Shown here one piece after another: positions 49,534 through 59,628 of a DNA stretch of 64,000 nucleotides (position 1 is its first letter; each line of letters opens with the position of its first letter). The notes under the pieces were generated by a model, which was not told where the DNA came from, made no database searches, and saw only the letters and a list, made by a program, of their open reading frames with translations. Source of the stretch: an uncultured delta proteobacterium (GTDB taxonomy: Bacteria > Myxococcota > Myxococcia > Myxococcales > Myxococcaceae); assembly GCA_963796055.1 (NCBI GenBank), contig CAWCKH010000003.1:1-64000 (forward strand), in the 5' to 3' direction. The position numbers were made by a program, and so were the translations under genes.

Positions 49534-51198
49534 ATGCACGCAACACGATGGCCGCTGACGATCTTGGCGGCAGTGACCCTGTCCGGGGTCCTGCTCCCGT
49601 CGCCAGCATCGGCCGAATCGGTCCTTGCCCGGAGGCGGCTGGGCAACAACACCGAAGCGCTCACCTACGACCCGCGAAACGATCGCGCGGTCGCGCTCGA
49701 CGGCGACGACGTCATCGGGATCGCCCTCAACCCGCTGGATGCGGTGGTCCTCGCCACGATGCGGGGCGAAGACGGCGGCATCAGCGGGCGGGGCTACCGG
49801 AAGCTGTTCGACACGCTTGCGCTCGACCCGGTGGTCCACGACTTCCAGGGCCTGGTCTACGTGCCGACGCAGGACCGCTACTACTTCAGCACCAACAGCT
49901 TCAACAGCAACGGCCCCAGTCTGGCGACCAAGCTCTTCAGCTGTGACGCCGAGGGGCATCCAAGGCCCACCCTGGAGATCAAGGGACTCGGAGACACCTC
50001 CGACTGGAGCTCGTGGGAAGGGATGGCGTGGATCCCGCAGGATGCGCCCGCGCACCGCGGAACCATCGCCGCGCTCGGGAGCCGGAAAAGCGAGTTCGTC
50101 ACCCACCTCTTCTACATCCGGCTCGACGGACGCATCGAAGCCGAGGTGATCCCCGAGCCCGGCTCCCCGCTCGAGGACTACTTCTGCGGGGTCCAGTACT
50201 GGCCCCAGCACCCGGGCGCGGTCCTCCTCTCCAAGTGCTTCGATGCAGACCTTCACGGGGAAGTCTGGGCCATGGATATGCAGACCGGGGCCCTGGTCGG
50301 CAATCCAGCCAAGCCGCTCGTCGTCAGTGACGAGAAGGGGGACGCCGAGGGACTCATCGTTCGGCGCAACGGTCAGATCCTCCTCGGCGACTACGAGACC
50401 GGCCGCCTCTCGGCGTACGACGCATCCTTCCGGCGCACCGCGGGAGAGGACCGACTCTTCGTGGTCGGCCTCGGAGCGAATCTTCACCGGATCTCCTGGA
50501 ACCCGGATACCCAGGAGTTCATCGCCCTTACATCGGTCGGATTGCACATCTACGGGATCTCCCGGGACCTGAGCTCAGCCCGGCTGCTCTTCGATACCGA
50601 CGTCAACCACGACCTCCCGACTCCGGGCGCGGTTGCGTACCTCGGAGGCAACGAGCTGGCGATCGCCAACCGGGGCCCTCCGAGAGGGATCGATCTCACC
50701 AGCCTGATCGCCGATCCGGCTGTTCCATCGTCTGGTGTGGGCTTCAGCCAGTCCAGGCTGGTCTTCCTCCCGCCCACCTTCCCTTCCGGCCAGCTGTTCA
50801 ACCCGCTGGGGATCGGAGCCCTCGGCAGCGACCGATTCCTGGTCCGGGTGGTGGGCGACAACACCGTGCTCCGCATCGTCAGCCGATCGGGAACTCCGGA
50901 CGACAGCATCTACCCGGACGGCGTCCTCCCCGCGTATCTGGGAGACGTTCCCCTCTCCTCCCCAGCCCAGGGCGCCGACGCCCAGGTCTTCGACTCCGGC
51001 ATGGGTGGACGGATCTTCACCGGCCGGGAGATCTACGACCTCTCGGGGCGGCTCCTTCGGGTGCTGGACGTGGCCAGGCTCGGTCTCCACGAGGCGAACG
51101 AGCTCACCAGCGGGACCTGGATCTCCGGGAACACCTTCGCCGTCGAGGATGGGCGCACCAGCACCCTCATCGTCTTCACCCTGTCCGAGGGACACTGA
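49534..51198 (+). CDS. Secreted hypothetical protein, predicted beta-propeller repeats (paralogue 1)
   Basis: Signal peptide ending ASA-E; repeated blade-like motifs TEALTYDP, QGLVYVP, EGMAWIP, EGLIVR. Confidence 0.8.
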   Translation: MHATRWPLTILAAVTLSGVLLPSPASAESVLARRRLGNNTEALTYDPRNDRAVALDGDDVIGIALNPLDAVVLATMRGEDGGISGRGYRKLFDTLALDPVVHDFQGLVYVPTQDRYYFSTNSFNSNGPSLATKLFSCDAEGHPRPTLEIKGLGDTSDWSSWEGMAWIPQDAPAHRGTIAALGSRKSEFVTHLFYIRLDGRIEAEVIPEPGSPLEDYFCGVQYWPQHPGAVLLSKCFDADLHGEVWAMDMQTGALVGNPAKPLVVSDEKGDAEGLIVRRNGQILLGDYETGRLSAYDASFRRTAGEDRLFVVGLGANLHRISWNPDTQEFIALTSVGLHIYGISRDLSSARLLFDTDVNHDLPTPGAVAYLGGNELAIANRGPPRGIDLTSLIADPAVPSSGVGFSQSRLVFLPPTFPSGQLFNPLGIGALGSDRFLVRVVGDNTVLRIVSRSGTPDDSIYPDGVLPAYLGDVPLSSPAQGADAQVFDSGMGGRIFTGREIYDLSGRLLRVLDVARLGLHEANELTSGTWISGNTFAVEDGRTSTLIVFTLSEGH

Positions 51199-51199
51199 C

Positions 51200-52795
51200 A
51201 TGACGCCCGAACGCCTGATCTCCCGGACCGCAACGCTGCTCGTCGCGCTGCTCATTTCGCCCACGCTCGCCTCGGCGGAGACCGTCGTCGCCCGACGCCG
51301 AATGGGAAACAACACCGAATCCATCACCTATGACCCGAGGCGAGATCGGGTCCTGGCCATCGACGGGAACGACGTGATCGCCATCGCGCTCAACCCCTTC
51401 GACGAGGCAGTTCTCGCCACCAGCCGCGACGACGCGGGCGGGATCTCCGGGCTCGGCTACCGGAAGATCTTCGACGTCAACGGCCTGCCATTCGAGGGAC
51501 TCGCACCACGCGGTCTGGTCTACGTCCCGGCCCAGGACCGATTCTACTTCAGCAGCGTCCAGCCCGGCGTCGGCGCGCTCTTCAGCACCGACGGGCGCGG
51601 CAAGATCCTGCCCCAGCTGGACATCCGCGGGCTGTCGACGCCCGAGGACATCCAGGAATGGGAGGGGCTGGCCTGGATTCCGCCCGGAGCACCCGCCCAC
51701 GGGGGCACGATCGCCGCCCTCGCTATCCGGGGCGATGGACTGTCACACCTGTTCTTCATCCGTCTGGACGGCACCCTCGAGACAGAGCTGGTTCCACAGA
51801 CCGGGACCCCGCTGGAGGGCTTCTTCTGCAGCGTCCAGTACTGGCCCCGGAAGCCGGGGACGGTGCTGATGGGGAAATGCGACACCACCGGCGAGATCTG
51901 GGCGATGGACATCCGGACCGGAATGCTGGTCGGAGATCCGTCCAAACCCGTGCTCCGCAATCCGCAGCGCCCCGATCGGGACGCCGAGGGGATCGTGGTT
52001 CGTTCCAACGGAGAGATCCTGGTCAACACCTACGAGGCCGGGCGCCTCTTTGCATATGACGCGCATCTGCTGCGGAATCCGAAAGGCGATCGACTCTTCA
52101 GCATCGGGGCGGGCGCGTCCGTCTTCCGTCTGACCTGGAACTCCGATACCCAGGAGCTCATCGGCGTCGGCTTCAAGGGGGTGTTCGCGATTCCGCTCGA
52201 CCTCCGCTCGGCCCGCGTCCTCTTCGACCTCGACGTGAACCGTGAGCTGGACTTCCCCACCGGAGGCGTGGCGTACCTGGGCGGGAACCTGATGGCGATC
52301 GGGAACCGGGCGGACGTGCCCGGGATCGGCATCGCACAGCTCGACCCCGAGCTCGGTCTCGGCTTCAGCGTCTCCCGGCTGATGCTCGGGGACATGCAGC
52401 CGCCCCTCAACATCGTGGGGTTTGGAGCCTACGGGCCCGATCAGTTCTTGGTCCGCGTCCGCAGAGACGACAGCGCGCTGAAGGTCATCTCCCGGACCGG
52501 CACCCGGGATACAAGCATCTACCCGGACGGGGTCATCCCCACTCAGTTCCCGGACCTACCGCTCTCCTCGCCCACCGAGGGGTTCGACGCCCAGGTCTTC
52601 GATGCCGGGGACGGCACACGGATCTTCACCGGGACTGACATCTACGACGGCAACGGGACGCTGCTGCACCACATCGACGTCTCGAAGCTGGGCCTCACCT
52701 ACCCGCCGCTGAGGAACGGGGTGTGGGTCTCCGGAAACCTCTTCGCCGCGGTCGACGGGCCGACCAGCACCATCATCCTCTACACCGTGCCCTGA
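51200..52795 (+). CDS. Secreted hypothetical protein, predicted beta-propeller repeats (paralogue 2)
   Basis: GAGGG RBS, ATG 1 nt after the previous stop, signal peptide ending ASA-E; colinear similarity with paralogue 1 over the full length. Confidence 0.8.
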   Translation: MTPERLISRTATLLVALLISPTLASAETVVARRRMGNNTESITYDPRRDRVLAIDGNDVIAIALNPFDEAVLATSRDDAGGISGLGYRKIFDVNGLPFEGLAPRGLVYVPAQDRFYFSSVQPGVGALFSTDGRGKILPQLDIRGLSTPEDIQEWEGLAWIPPGAPAHGGTIAALAIRGDGLSHLFFIRLDGTLETELVPQTGTPLEGFFCSVQYWPRKPGTVLMGKCDTTGEIWAMDIRTGMLVGDPSKPVLRNPQRPDRDAEGIVVRSNGEILVNTYEAGRLFAYDAHLLRNPKGDRLFSIGAGASVFRLTWNSDTQELIGVGFKGVFAIPLDLRSARVLFDLDVNRELDFPTGGVAYLGGNLMAIGNRADVPGIGIAQLDPELGLGFSVSRLMLGDMQPPLNIVGFGAYGPDQFLVRVRRDDSALKVISRTGTRDTSIYPDGVIPTQFPDLPLSSPTEGFDAQVFDAGDGTRIFTGTDIYDGNGTLLHHIDVSKLGLTYPPLRNGVWVSGNLFAAVDGPTSTIILYTVP

Positions 52796-52821
52796 GGGAG
52801 ACGGCACGTCAGGCGATCGGC

Positions 52822-54138
52822 TCAGGACACCGAGCCGGTCGCCTCCCGCAGCGCGGGGAAGAAGCCGGGGTACGAGATGTCCGCCCACTCCGCGCCCTCG
52901 ACCTCGGTCTCCCCGTCTGCAACCAGCCCGGCGATGGCGAAGGACATCGCGATGCGGTGGTCGTGCGCGGAGTCGATCGCTGCCCCACGGAGCTTGGTCG
53001 GTCCGCGGAGGACGAAGCCGTCGTCCAGCTCGTCGACGTCCGTCCCCATCGCCCGCAGCCCGAGCACCAGCTGCCGGAGCCGGTCGGACTCCTTGACCCG
53101 CAGCTCCCGGGCACCGGTGACGCGCGTCTCCCCGCTGGCCTGACTGGCGACCACCGCCAGGAGCGGGATCTCGTCGAGCAGCGACGGGACCTCCGCGGGG
53201 TGGATCTCGGTCCCCCGGAGCGGCTGGCCGCCACGGACGTGAAGCGTGGCCACCGGGTCTCCGGCGCGCGCCGTCTCGGGCTCCAGCTCCACCCGGGCGC
53301 CCATCCGCTCCAGCACCGTCAGGAAGCCCGTCCGTGTCGGGTTCACGTCCACCCCCCGCACCAGCACGCTCGCGCCCGGGACGAGCAATCCCGCGCCCAC
53401 CCAGAACACCGCCGAGGACGGGTCCCCCGGCACCTCCATCGCCTCGGGCAGCGCCAGGGGATGCAGGAGGCGGGTGGCCACCACCTCTCCGGCCTCGACG
53501 CGCACCGGCGCACCCCATGCGGCGAGCATCCGCTCGGTGTGGTCGCGCGACGGCTCGGGCTCGCGCACCCGGGTCTCGCCGTCCGCGGTGAGCCCGGCGA
53601 GCACCAGCGCGCTCTTCACCTGGGCGCTGGCGATGGGGAGACGGTGCAGCATGCCCTGGAGGCGCGGAGCCGGCTCGACCCGCAGCGGCGCCCGCTCGTC
53701 GTCGGGCCCACCCTGCCCCTCCATCCGTGCGCCCATCGCCCGGAGCGGGCCGAGCACCCGGCGCATCGGGCGGCGGCGCAGGGAGTCGTCGCCGTCCAGC
53801 GTGCAGAACACCCCGGCCCCGGCGACCAGGCCCAGGAGCAACCGCATCGTCGTCCCGCTGTTCCCGCAGTCGAGCGGTCCGGCGGGCGACGCGAATCCCC
53901 CCGGCCCCACGCCACGCACCGTCACCGCACCCGGGACCTCGCCCTCGGCGATGCTCACCCCCAGCGCCCGGAGGCACTCCGCCGTCGAGCGCACGTCCGC
54001 GCCCGGAGCCAGGTTCCGCACCTGCATCGGCGTCGTCCCCAGCGCGCCGAATAGCAAGGCCCGGTGGGAGATGGACTTGTCGCCCGGGGCGAGCACGTCC
54101 GCCTCCAGGCGGCTCGCGCGGCGAACGCGGATCCGCAC
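52822..54138 (-). CDS. aroA: EPSP synthase (3-phosphoshikimate 1-carboxyvinyltransferase)
   Basis: PGDKSISHR, DCGNSGTT.RL, ASAQVKS, SRDHTERML, ELRVKESDR, DHRIAMS. Confidence 0.97.
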   Translation of the reverse strand: MRIRVRRASRLEADVLAPGDKSISHRALLFGALGTTPMQVRNLAPGADVRSTAECLRALGVSIAEGEVPGAVTVRGVGPGGFASPAGPLDCGNSGTTMRLLLGLVAGAGVFCTLDGDDSLRRRPMRRVLGPLRAMGARMEGQGGPDDERAPLRVEPAPRLQGMLHRLPIASAQVKSALVLAGLTADGETRVREPEPSRDHTERMLAAWGAPVRVEAGEVVATRLLHPLALPEAMEVPGDPSSAVFWVGAGLLVPGASVLVRGVDVNPTRTGFLTVLERMGARVELEPETARAGDPVATLHVRGGQPLRGTEIHPAEVPSLLDEIPLLAVVASQASGETRVTGARELRVKESDRLRQLVLGLRAMGTDVDELDDGFVLRGPTKLRGAAIDSAHDHRIAMSFAIAGLVADGETEVEGAEWADISYPGFFPALREATGSVS

Positions 54139-54139
54139 C

Positions 54140-55168
54140 TCAGCCCACGGGCCCAGTGACGGAACGGCCGATGGCGGCGGCCACCGCGCGCACGCCGCTC
54201 ATGAGGTCCTTGAACTCGGCGAAGGTCAGCGACTGTGCGCCGTCCGACAGCGCCCGCGCCGGATCCGGGTGCACCTCGATGAGGAGCCCGTCCGCGCCCG
54301 CCGCCACCGCCGCCCGGGCCACCGCGGCGATGCCGTGGCGGATGCCGACGCCATGCGAGGGGTCGGCGAAGACGGGCAGGTGCGAGAGCCTCTTCAGCAT
54401 CGGGATGGCATTGATGTCGAAGGTGTTGCGGGTCATCGTCTCGAACGTCCGGATGCCCCGCTCGCAGAGCACCACCTGGCGATTTCCGCGGGCGACGATG
54501 TACTCGGCCGCCATCAGCAATTCTTTGAGGCTCGCGGCCATTCCCCGCTTCAGCAGCACCGGGCGCCGCAGCTCCCCCACCGCCTCGAGGAGCGAGAAGT
54601 TCTGCATGTTCCGGGCGCCGATCTGGAGCATCTCCGCCCCCTCGGCGACCATCTCCAGGCTCTCGACGTCCTTGACCTCGGTGACCACCGGGAGCCCGGT
54701 CACCGCCCGGGCCTCGCCGAGCAGCTTCAGCCCGTCCGCCTTGAGCCCCTGGAAGTCGTAGGGCGAGGTCCGGGGCTTGAAGGCGCCGCCCCGCAGCATC
54801 CTCGCCCCCTGGGCACGCACCGACTCGGCGGTGGCGACGATCTGCTCGCGCGTCTCCACCGAGCAGGGCCCGGCGGCGACGATCAGCTCGTTCCCGCCGA
54901 TGGTGAGGTCACCCACCCTGACCAGCGTGTCCTCCGGCTTCACCTCGCGGCTGACCAGCTTGAACGGCTGCGACACCGGGATGGCGTCGGCCACGCCGGC
55001 CATCATCCGGAACGGCTCGGGATCGAGCGCCCCCGCGTTGCCGGTGATGCCCACCGCGGTGCGCGTGGCGCCGGGGATGACGTGCGGGGTGTAGCCGAGG
55101 CTGCGGATGTGCTTCTCGACGGCCTCCTGCTGCTCGGGAGTGACGTCGGCCTTGAGGAGGATCAGCAT
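54140..55168 (-). CDS. aroF: DAHP synthase type I-beta with N-terminal regulatory (ACT/ferredoxin-like) domain
   Basis: [52 protein letters not shown]. Confidence 0.95.
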   Translation of the reverse strand: MLILLKADVTPEQQEAVEKHIRSLGYTPHVIPGATRTAVGITGNAGALDPEPFRMMAGVADAIPVSQPFKLVSREVKPEDTLVRVGDLTIGGNELIVAAGPCSVETREQIVATAESVRAQGARMLRGGAFKPRTSPYDFQGLKADGLKLLGEARAVTGLPVVTEVKDVESLEMVAEGAEMLQIGARNMQNFSLLEAVGELRRPVLLKRGMAASLKELLMAAEYIVARGNRQVVLCERGIRTFETMTRNTFDINAIPMLKRLSHLPVFADPSHGVGIRHGIAAVARAAVAAGADGLLIEVHPDPARALSDGAQSLTFAEFKDLMSGVRAVAAAIGRSVTGPVG

Positions 55169-55252
55169 GCTTGGGAAGCCACGCTGCCAGAAGGGCAGCC
55201 ACCCTCGCAAATGCGCAACGTGCGGCGGGACCGGTGTCCGAGCCCGTCGTGG

Positions 55253-56575
55253 TCAGCGCGCCGCGGCCGCCCGAGCCGGATGGCCGCGCTCGGCGAGGCC
55301 GCGGGCGAAGTTGCCCACCCGGAGCCACGGCGCACCCTCGCGGAGCACCTGGAGCATCCGGGAGATGCCCATCGGCCGACCGCCGGCGCCCCGCTCGCGC
55401 GCCACGTCCAGGTACTGGAGCGGGTCGATGCACAGGCTCCGGGTCTGCACCTGGTCCACCCGGTGCCGGCGGACGAGGGCCAGCAGCGCCTCTACCTCTC
55501 CCTCGCGGTCGGTGACGCCGGGAAAGGTCAGGAGGTTGAGCGCCAGGTACGCCCCGCGCTCCCACGACAGCGCGATGGAGGCCTCCACGTCACGCCAGCC
55601 GTACTTTTCGGGCCGGTAGTAGGCCTCGTACAGGTCGGCCACGGCCGAGTTGAGCGAGACGCGGATCGAGTCGAGCCCGGCGTCGTACAGCGCCCCCAGG
55701 CCCACGGGGAGGCTGGCATTGGTGTTGATGTGCAGCGAGCCCGAGCGGGTCTCGCTCCGGATGCGCCGGATGGCCTCGGCGATGACCCGCCACCTCGTGA
55801 GGGGCTCCCCCTCGCACCCCTGCCCGAAGCTCACCATCGCCCGCGGTCCCGCCGAGCGCAGGTGCGCCACCGCGACCCGCGCCAGCTCCTCGGCGCTCGG
55901 CCCGTCGTCCATCCGCTCATGCGAGGCCGGCGGCCCGTCGTCCGGCTGGTCCGAGATGCAGCCCACACAGGCCGCGTTGCACATCGTCGAGACCGGGAGC
56001 GCCCCCTCGTCCCGGCCGTAGAAGACGTTCTGGCTGGTGAAGCAGCGGTACACCAGGGCGCAGGTCTGCAGCTGCCGGAGCACGCGGTTGTCGGGGTCCG
56101 CGGCGCGCGCGCTCCGCACCCGCGCCTGGAGCTCCGGGGTCGAGAACCGCTCCGGGTCCCAGTGGGTGCGCCGGTCGGTGTGCAGCGCCCAGGCCACCGG
56201 TCCGCCCGCGTCCCAGCCGGCCGCGGTGTACGCCCACTGCGGCAGCACCGGCCCGTCCGCCTTCACCTCGCCCGGGAGATAGGTCCGGGTCCAGCCCGGC
56301 GGGACGAGCGCGCCCACCGCGTCGGGGACGAAGCGCCGCCGCCCCGCGTGGAATTCGGAGACCAGCACCAGCGCCCCCGTGTCCGGGTCCACGCCCACCG
56401 GACGGCGCCCGGGCAGCTGGACCAGCCGTCCGCCTTCGGGGAGTGGGGCTGGCGCCTCCGGCGGGAGCAGCACCTCGTCTCCCGACCGGACGGTCGCCAG
56501 GAGCCGCGGATGCTCGAGGACCTTTCCGGTCGTCGGGTCGGCGACGAGCAGCGCGGGCATCCGGGACGGCGGCAT
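55253..56575 (-). CDS. Radical SAM protein of unknown function
   Basis: CNAACVGC (CxxxCxxC), SFGQGCEGEP, INTNAS, IRVSLNS. Confidence 0.9.
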   Translation of the reverse strand: MPPSRMPALLVADPTTGKVLEHPRLLATVRSGDEVLLPPEAPAPLPEGGRLVQLPGRRPVGVDPDTGALVLVSEFHAGRRRFVPDAVGALVPPGWTRTYLPGEVKADGPVLPQWAYTAAGWDAGGPVAWALHTDRRTHWDPERFSTPELQARVRSARAADPDNRVLRQLQTCALVYRCFTSQNVFYGRDEGALPVSTMCNAACVGCISDQPDDGPPASHERMDDGPSAEELARVAVAHLRSAGPRAMVSFGQGCEGEPLTRWRVIAEAIRRIRSETRSGSLHINTNASLPVGLGALYDAGLDSIRVSLNSAVADLYEAYYRPEKYGWRDVEASIALSWERGAYLALNLLTFPGVTDREGEVEALLALVRRHRVDQVQTRSLCIDPLQYLDVARERGAGGRPMGISRMLQVLREGAPWLRVGNFARGLAERGHPARAAAAR

Positions 56576-56684
56576 GGCGGACGCCACATAACACTCCGCG
56601 TCGCCGTCCGCGGCGCTTGACCCGGGGGACACGCCTGTGTTCTGGCCCCCCGCGCTTCCCCACAAGCCCCGGAGGGCAGGTCCC

Positions 56685-57809
56685 GTGATCGTCGGCGTCC
56701 CCAAGGAGATCAAGGTTCGCGAGTACCGGGTGGGCATGGTCCCCGGCGCGGTGAAGGCGCTGGTCGATGCCGGACATCAGGTCATCGTCGAGACGGGAGC
56801 CGGCATCGGCTCCGGGCTCCCCGATGCCGACTACGCCCGGGCGGGCGGGCAGCTCATCTCCTCGGCGGACGAGGTGTGGAAGCGCGCAGAGATGATCGTC
56901 AAGGTGAAGGAGCCCATCGCGCCCGAGTACCCGCGGATGCAGGAAGGGCAGATCGTCTACACCTACTTTCACCTCGCCGGCGTGGACCCCGAGCTGACGA
57001 AGGTCCTGCTGAAGAAGAAGGTCGCCGCGGTGGCCTACGAGACCATCCAGCTCGAGGATGGGAGCCTCCCCCTGCTCCGTCCGATGAGCGAGGTGGCCGG
57101 ACGGATGGCCATCCAGGTGGGGGCGATGTGCCTGGAGAAGGAGCACGGCGGCAAGGGCATCCTCCTCGGCGGCGTGCCCGGCGTTCGGCGGGGGCGGGTC
57201 GCGATCCTGGGTGGAGGCGTGGTGGGCACCAACGCGGCGAAGATCGCCGTGGGCATGGGCGCCGACGTCACCATCCTCGACATCAACCAGAACCAGCTCG
57301 CCTACCTGGACGACGTGTTCCTCGGCCGGGTGGAGGTGCTCTCCTCGGACTCGGAGACCATCGCCCGGGCGGTCCGTGAGGCCGACCTCGTCATCGGCGG
57401 CGTGCTCATCCCCGGCGGAAAGGCACCCAAGCTGGTCCGCGAGGACCTGATCCGCGAGATGGTGCCCGGCTCGGTCGTCGTCGACGTCGCGGTCGATCAG
57501 GGGGGCTGCATCGAGACCTGCCGGCCCACCACCCACGACAACCCCACCTACGTGGTCCACGGCGTCGTCCACTACTGCGTGGCGAACATGCCCGGCGCGG
57601 TCCCCCAGACCTCGACGTTCGCCCTGACCAACGTCACCCGGCCCTACGCCCGCCGGATCGCCGACCTGGGGCTGGTCGAGGCCATCCGACAGGACAAGGC
57701 GCTCGCCCGCGGGGTGAATACCTTCGGCGGATCGGTCACTTACGAGGTCGTGGCCCGGGATCTGGGCCACCCCTACGTCCCGCTGGACCAGGCCCTCGCG
57801 CGTCGTTAG
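56685..57809 (+). CDS. ald: Alanine dehydrogenase
   Basis: [49 protein letters not shown]. Confidence 0.97.
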   Translation: MIVGVPKEIKVREYRVGMVPGAVKALVDAGHQVIVETGAGIGSGLPDADYARAGGQLISSADEVWKRAEMIVKVKEPIAPEYPRMQEGQIVYTYFHLAGVDPELTKVLLKKKVAAVAYETIQLEDGSLPLLRPMSEVAGRMAIQVGAMCLEKEHGGKGILLGGVPGVRRGRVAILGGGVVGTNAAKIAVGMGADVTILDINQNQLAYLDDVFLGRVEVLSSDSETIARAVREADLVIGGVLIPGGKAPKLVREDLIREMVPGSVVVDVAVDQGGCIETCRPTTHDNPTYVVHGVVHYCVANMPGAVPQTSTFALTNVTRPYARRIADLGLVEAIRQDKALARGVNTFGGSVTYEVVARDLGHPYVPLDQALARR

Positions 57810-57992
57810 GCCCTGTCCGTCGCGCCGCCGGGGGATTCACCCCCGTCTGCTCGCTCGCTCCCTGACCGAGGTGGCGCCGATTTTCAGCAATCGGTAACGC
57901 GCTTCGACGTGGGGCGTAAGCGACGTGGGAATTCTCTGAAGACAACCTTCGCCTGGCCGTCGGTGTTGGGCGTTGCCAGGGAGGAGCGGGAC

Positions 57993-58631
57993 TTGGATTT
58001 TCGGCACAACCACCGCAGCAAGCAGGAGTTCGAGGGTCTGGTCCTGGCGCACCTGGACCCGCTCTACTCGGCGGCGCTCCGGCTCACCAAGAACGAGCGC
58101 GACGCCGAGGACCTGGTGCAGGACACCTGCATGCGGGCCTACCGCTTCTTCGACAAGTTCGAGCGCGGGACCAACATCAAGGCCTGGCTGTTCAAGATCC
58201 TCACCAACACCTTCATCAACCGGTACCGGCGCAAGGTGAAGGAGCGCAACGTCACCGAGGGCTCCGAGCGCGAGGCGGTGCACGAGGCCTTCATCAGCCG
58301 CGACGCGAGCGACTACGCCGGCAACCCCGAGCAGTACATGTTCGACCGTCTGCTGTCGGACGACGTGCTCAAGGCCATCGACGGGCTGCCCATCGACTTC
58401 CGTCTGGTGGTCATCCTCGCGGACCTCCAGGAGTTCTCCTACAAGGAGATCGCCGAGATCCTCGACGTCCCGGTGGGAACGGTGATGAGCCGCCTCTTCC
58501 GCGGACGGAAGGCGCTGCAGAAGGCCCTCCGGGATTACGCGGCCGGTCAGGGTGTTGTCCCCGCCGAGACGTCCGAGGCCCCAGAGGCCCCGGTCGACCT
58601 GGGCGCGTACCGTCGGCGCCGTACGGGCTGA
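57993..58631 (+). CDS. rpoE1: ECF sigma factor (RpoE1-like)
   Basis: [49 protein letters not shown] before TTG; position between ald and frzS as in M. xanthus. Confidence 0.88.
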   Translation: MDFRHNHRSKQEFEGLVLAHLDPLYSAALRLTKNERDAEDLVQDTCMRAYRFFDKFERGTNIKAWLFKILTNTFINRYRRKVKERNVTEGSEREAVHEAFISRDASDYAGNPEQYMFDRLLSDDVLKAIDGLPIDFRLVVILADLQEFSYKEIAEILDVPVGTVMSRLFRGRKALQKALRDYAAGQGVVPAETSEAPEAPVDLGAYRRRRTG

Positions 58632-58709
58632 CGGGCCCCGCCAGGGCGGCCGCTGGCCAGATCGGGGATTCCCGGGCTAGACATTTGCCCGAGCCCCGCG
58701 GGGCCGCCC

Positions 58710-59582
58710 ATGACTTGCTCAGAACTCGACCCGCTGATCTATCCATACCTGGACGGCGAGCTCGACGAGACGGAGCGCGGGCACCTCGAGCGCCATGCGG
58801 CGGGCTGCGCCGCCTGTCGCGGTCGGCTGTCGCGCGAGGCCGCGTTCCAGGGTGCGCTGCGCCGCAGCGCCCAGCTCCGCACCCGGGGCGCCGCCCCGGA
58901 GGCGCTCCGGGCGATGCTCCGGGCCGGCATCCGCCGGGAGAACCGGCGGGTGCAGATGCTGTCCTGGGCCCGCTGGGGAAGCCTGGCCCTCGCCGCGGCG
59001 GCAGCCGGCGTCTTCTACATCGAGCAGCTGCCCGGACACCGGGAGCAGCTCCTCGAGGACGCCGCGCTGCGCTACCAGCGCCGGCTGCCCTACGAGCTGA
59101 CTGCTGCCAGCCGAGCCGACGTCGAGCGGTGGTTCGGCGACCAGATGAGCACCCGCGTTCGCCTCCCCCACCTCCCCGGGGCGACCATCGCCGGGGCACG
59201 CCTGTCGAACCTGCGTGAGCACGACGCGGCGTACGTCGTCTACCAGCTCCCGCCGTCGGAGCAGCGCCCCGAGGACCGCCGCTTGGGCCTCTTCGTCCTC
59301 GAGGATCCGGAGCGGGAGATCCCCTCGGTCGCAGCCTACCCACAAGTCGCCGTGCGCAGCGTGCGCGGGCTCAGCGTCGCCAGCTGGCGCTCGGGTGGGC
59401 TGGTGTACGAGCTGGTCTCGGACATGGACGAGGCAGACCTGCGGCGTACCGTGCGTGACATGGACCCCTCGGCGCCGCCGAGCCCGGCCGAGGTGGTGGC
59501 GCCCGCGCGGCAGCGGCCGATGCTGCCCATCCCACCCCGGAACCCGGCGCTGGAGCTGATTCCCGCCGGCTTCCAGAACTGA
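58710..59582 (+). CDS. Zinc-finger (ZAS/zf-HC2) membrane anti-sigma factor
   Basis: C...YLDGEL...HAAGCAAC (HxxxCxxC), one TM helix, directly after the ECF sigma factor. Confidence 0.9.
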   Translation: MTCSELDPLIYPYLDGELDETERGHLERHAAGCAACRGRLSREAAFQGALRRSAQLRTRGAAPEALRAMLRAGIRRENRRVQMLSWARWGSLALAAAAAGVFYIEQLPGHREQLLEDAALRYQRRLPYELTAASRADVERWFGDQMSTRVRLPHLPGATIAGARLSNLREHDAAYVVYQLPPSEQRPEDRRLGLFVLEDPEREIPSVAAYPQVAVRSVRGLSVASWRSGGLVYELVSDMDEADLRRTVRDMDPSAPPSPAEVVAPARQRPMLPIPPRNPALELIPAGFQN

Positions 59583-59628
59583 TGTTTGCCGACCGTGGGG
59601 GGGTGGCCGTAGCCTTTTGGCTTCGCCG

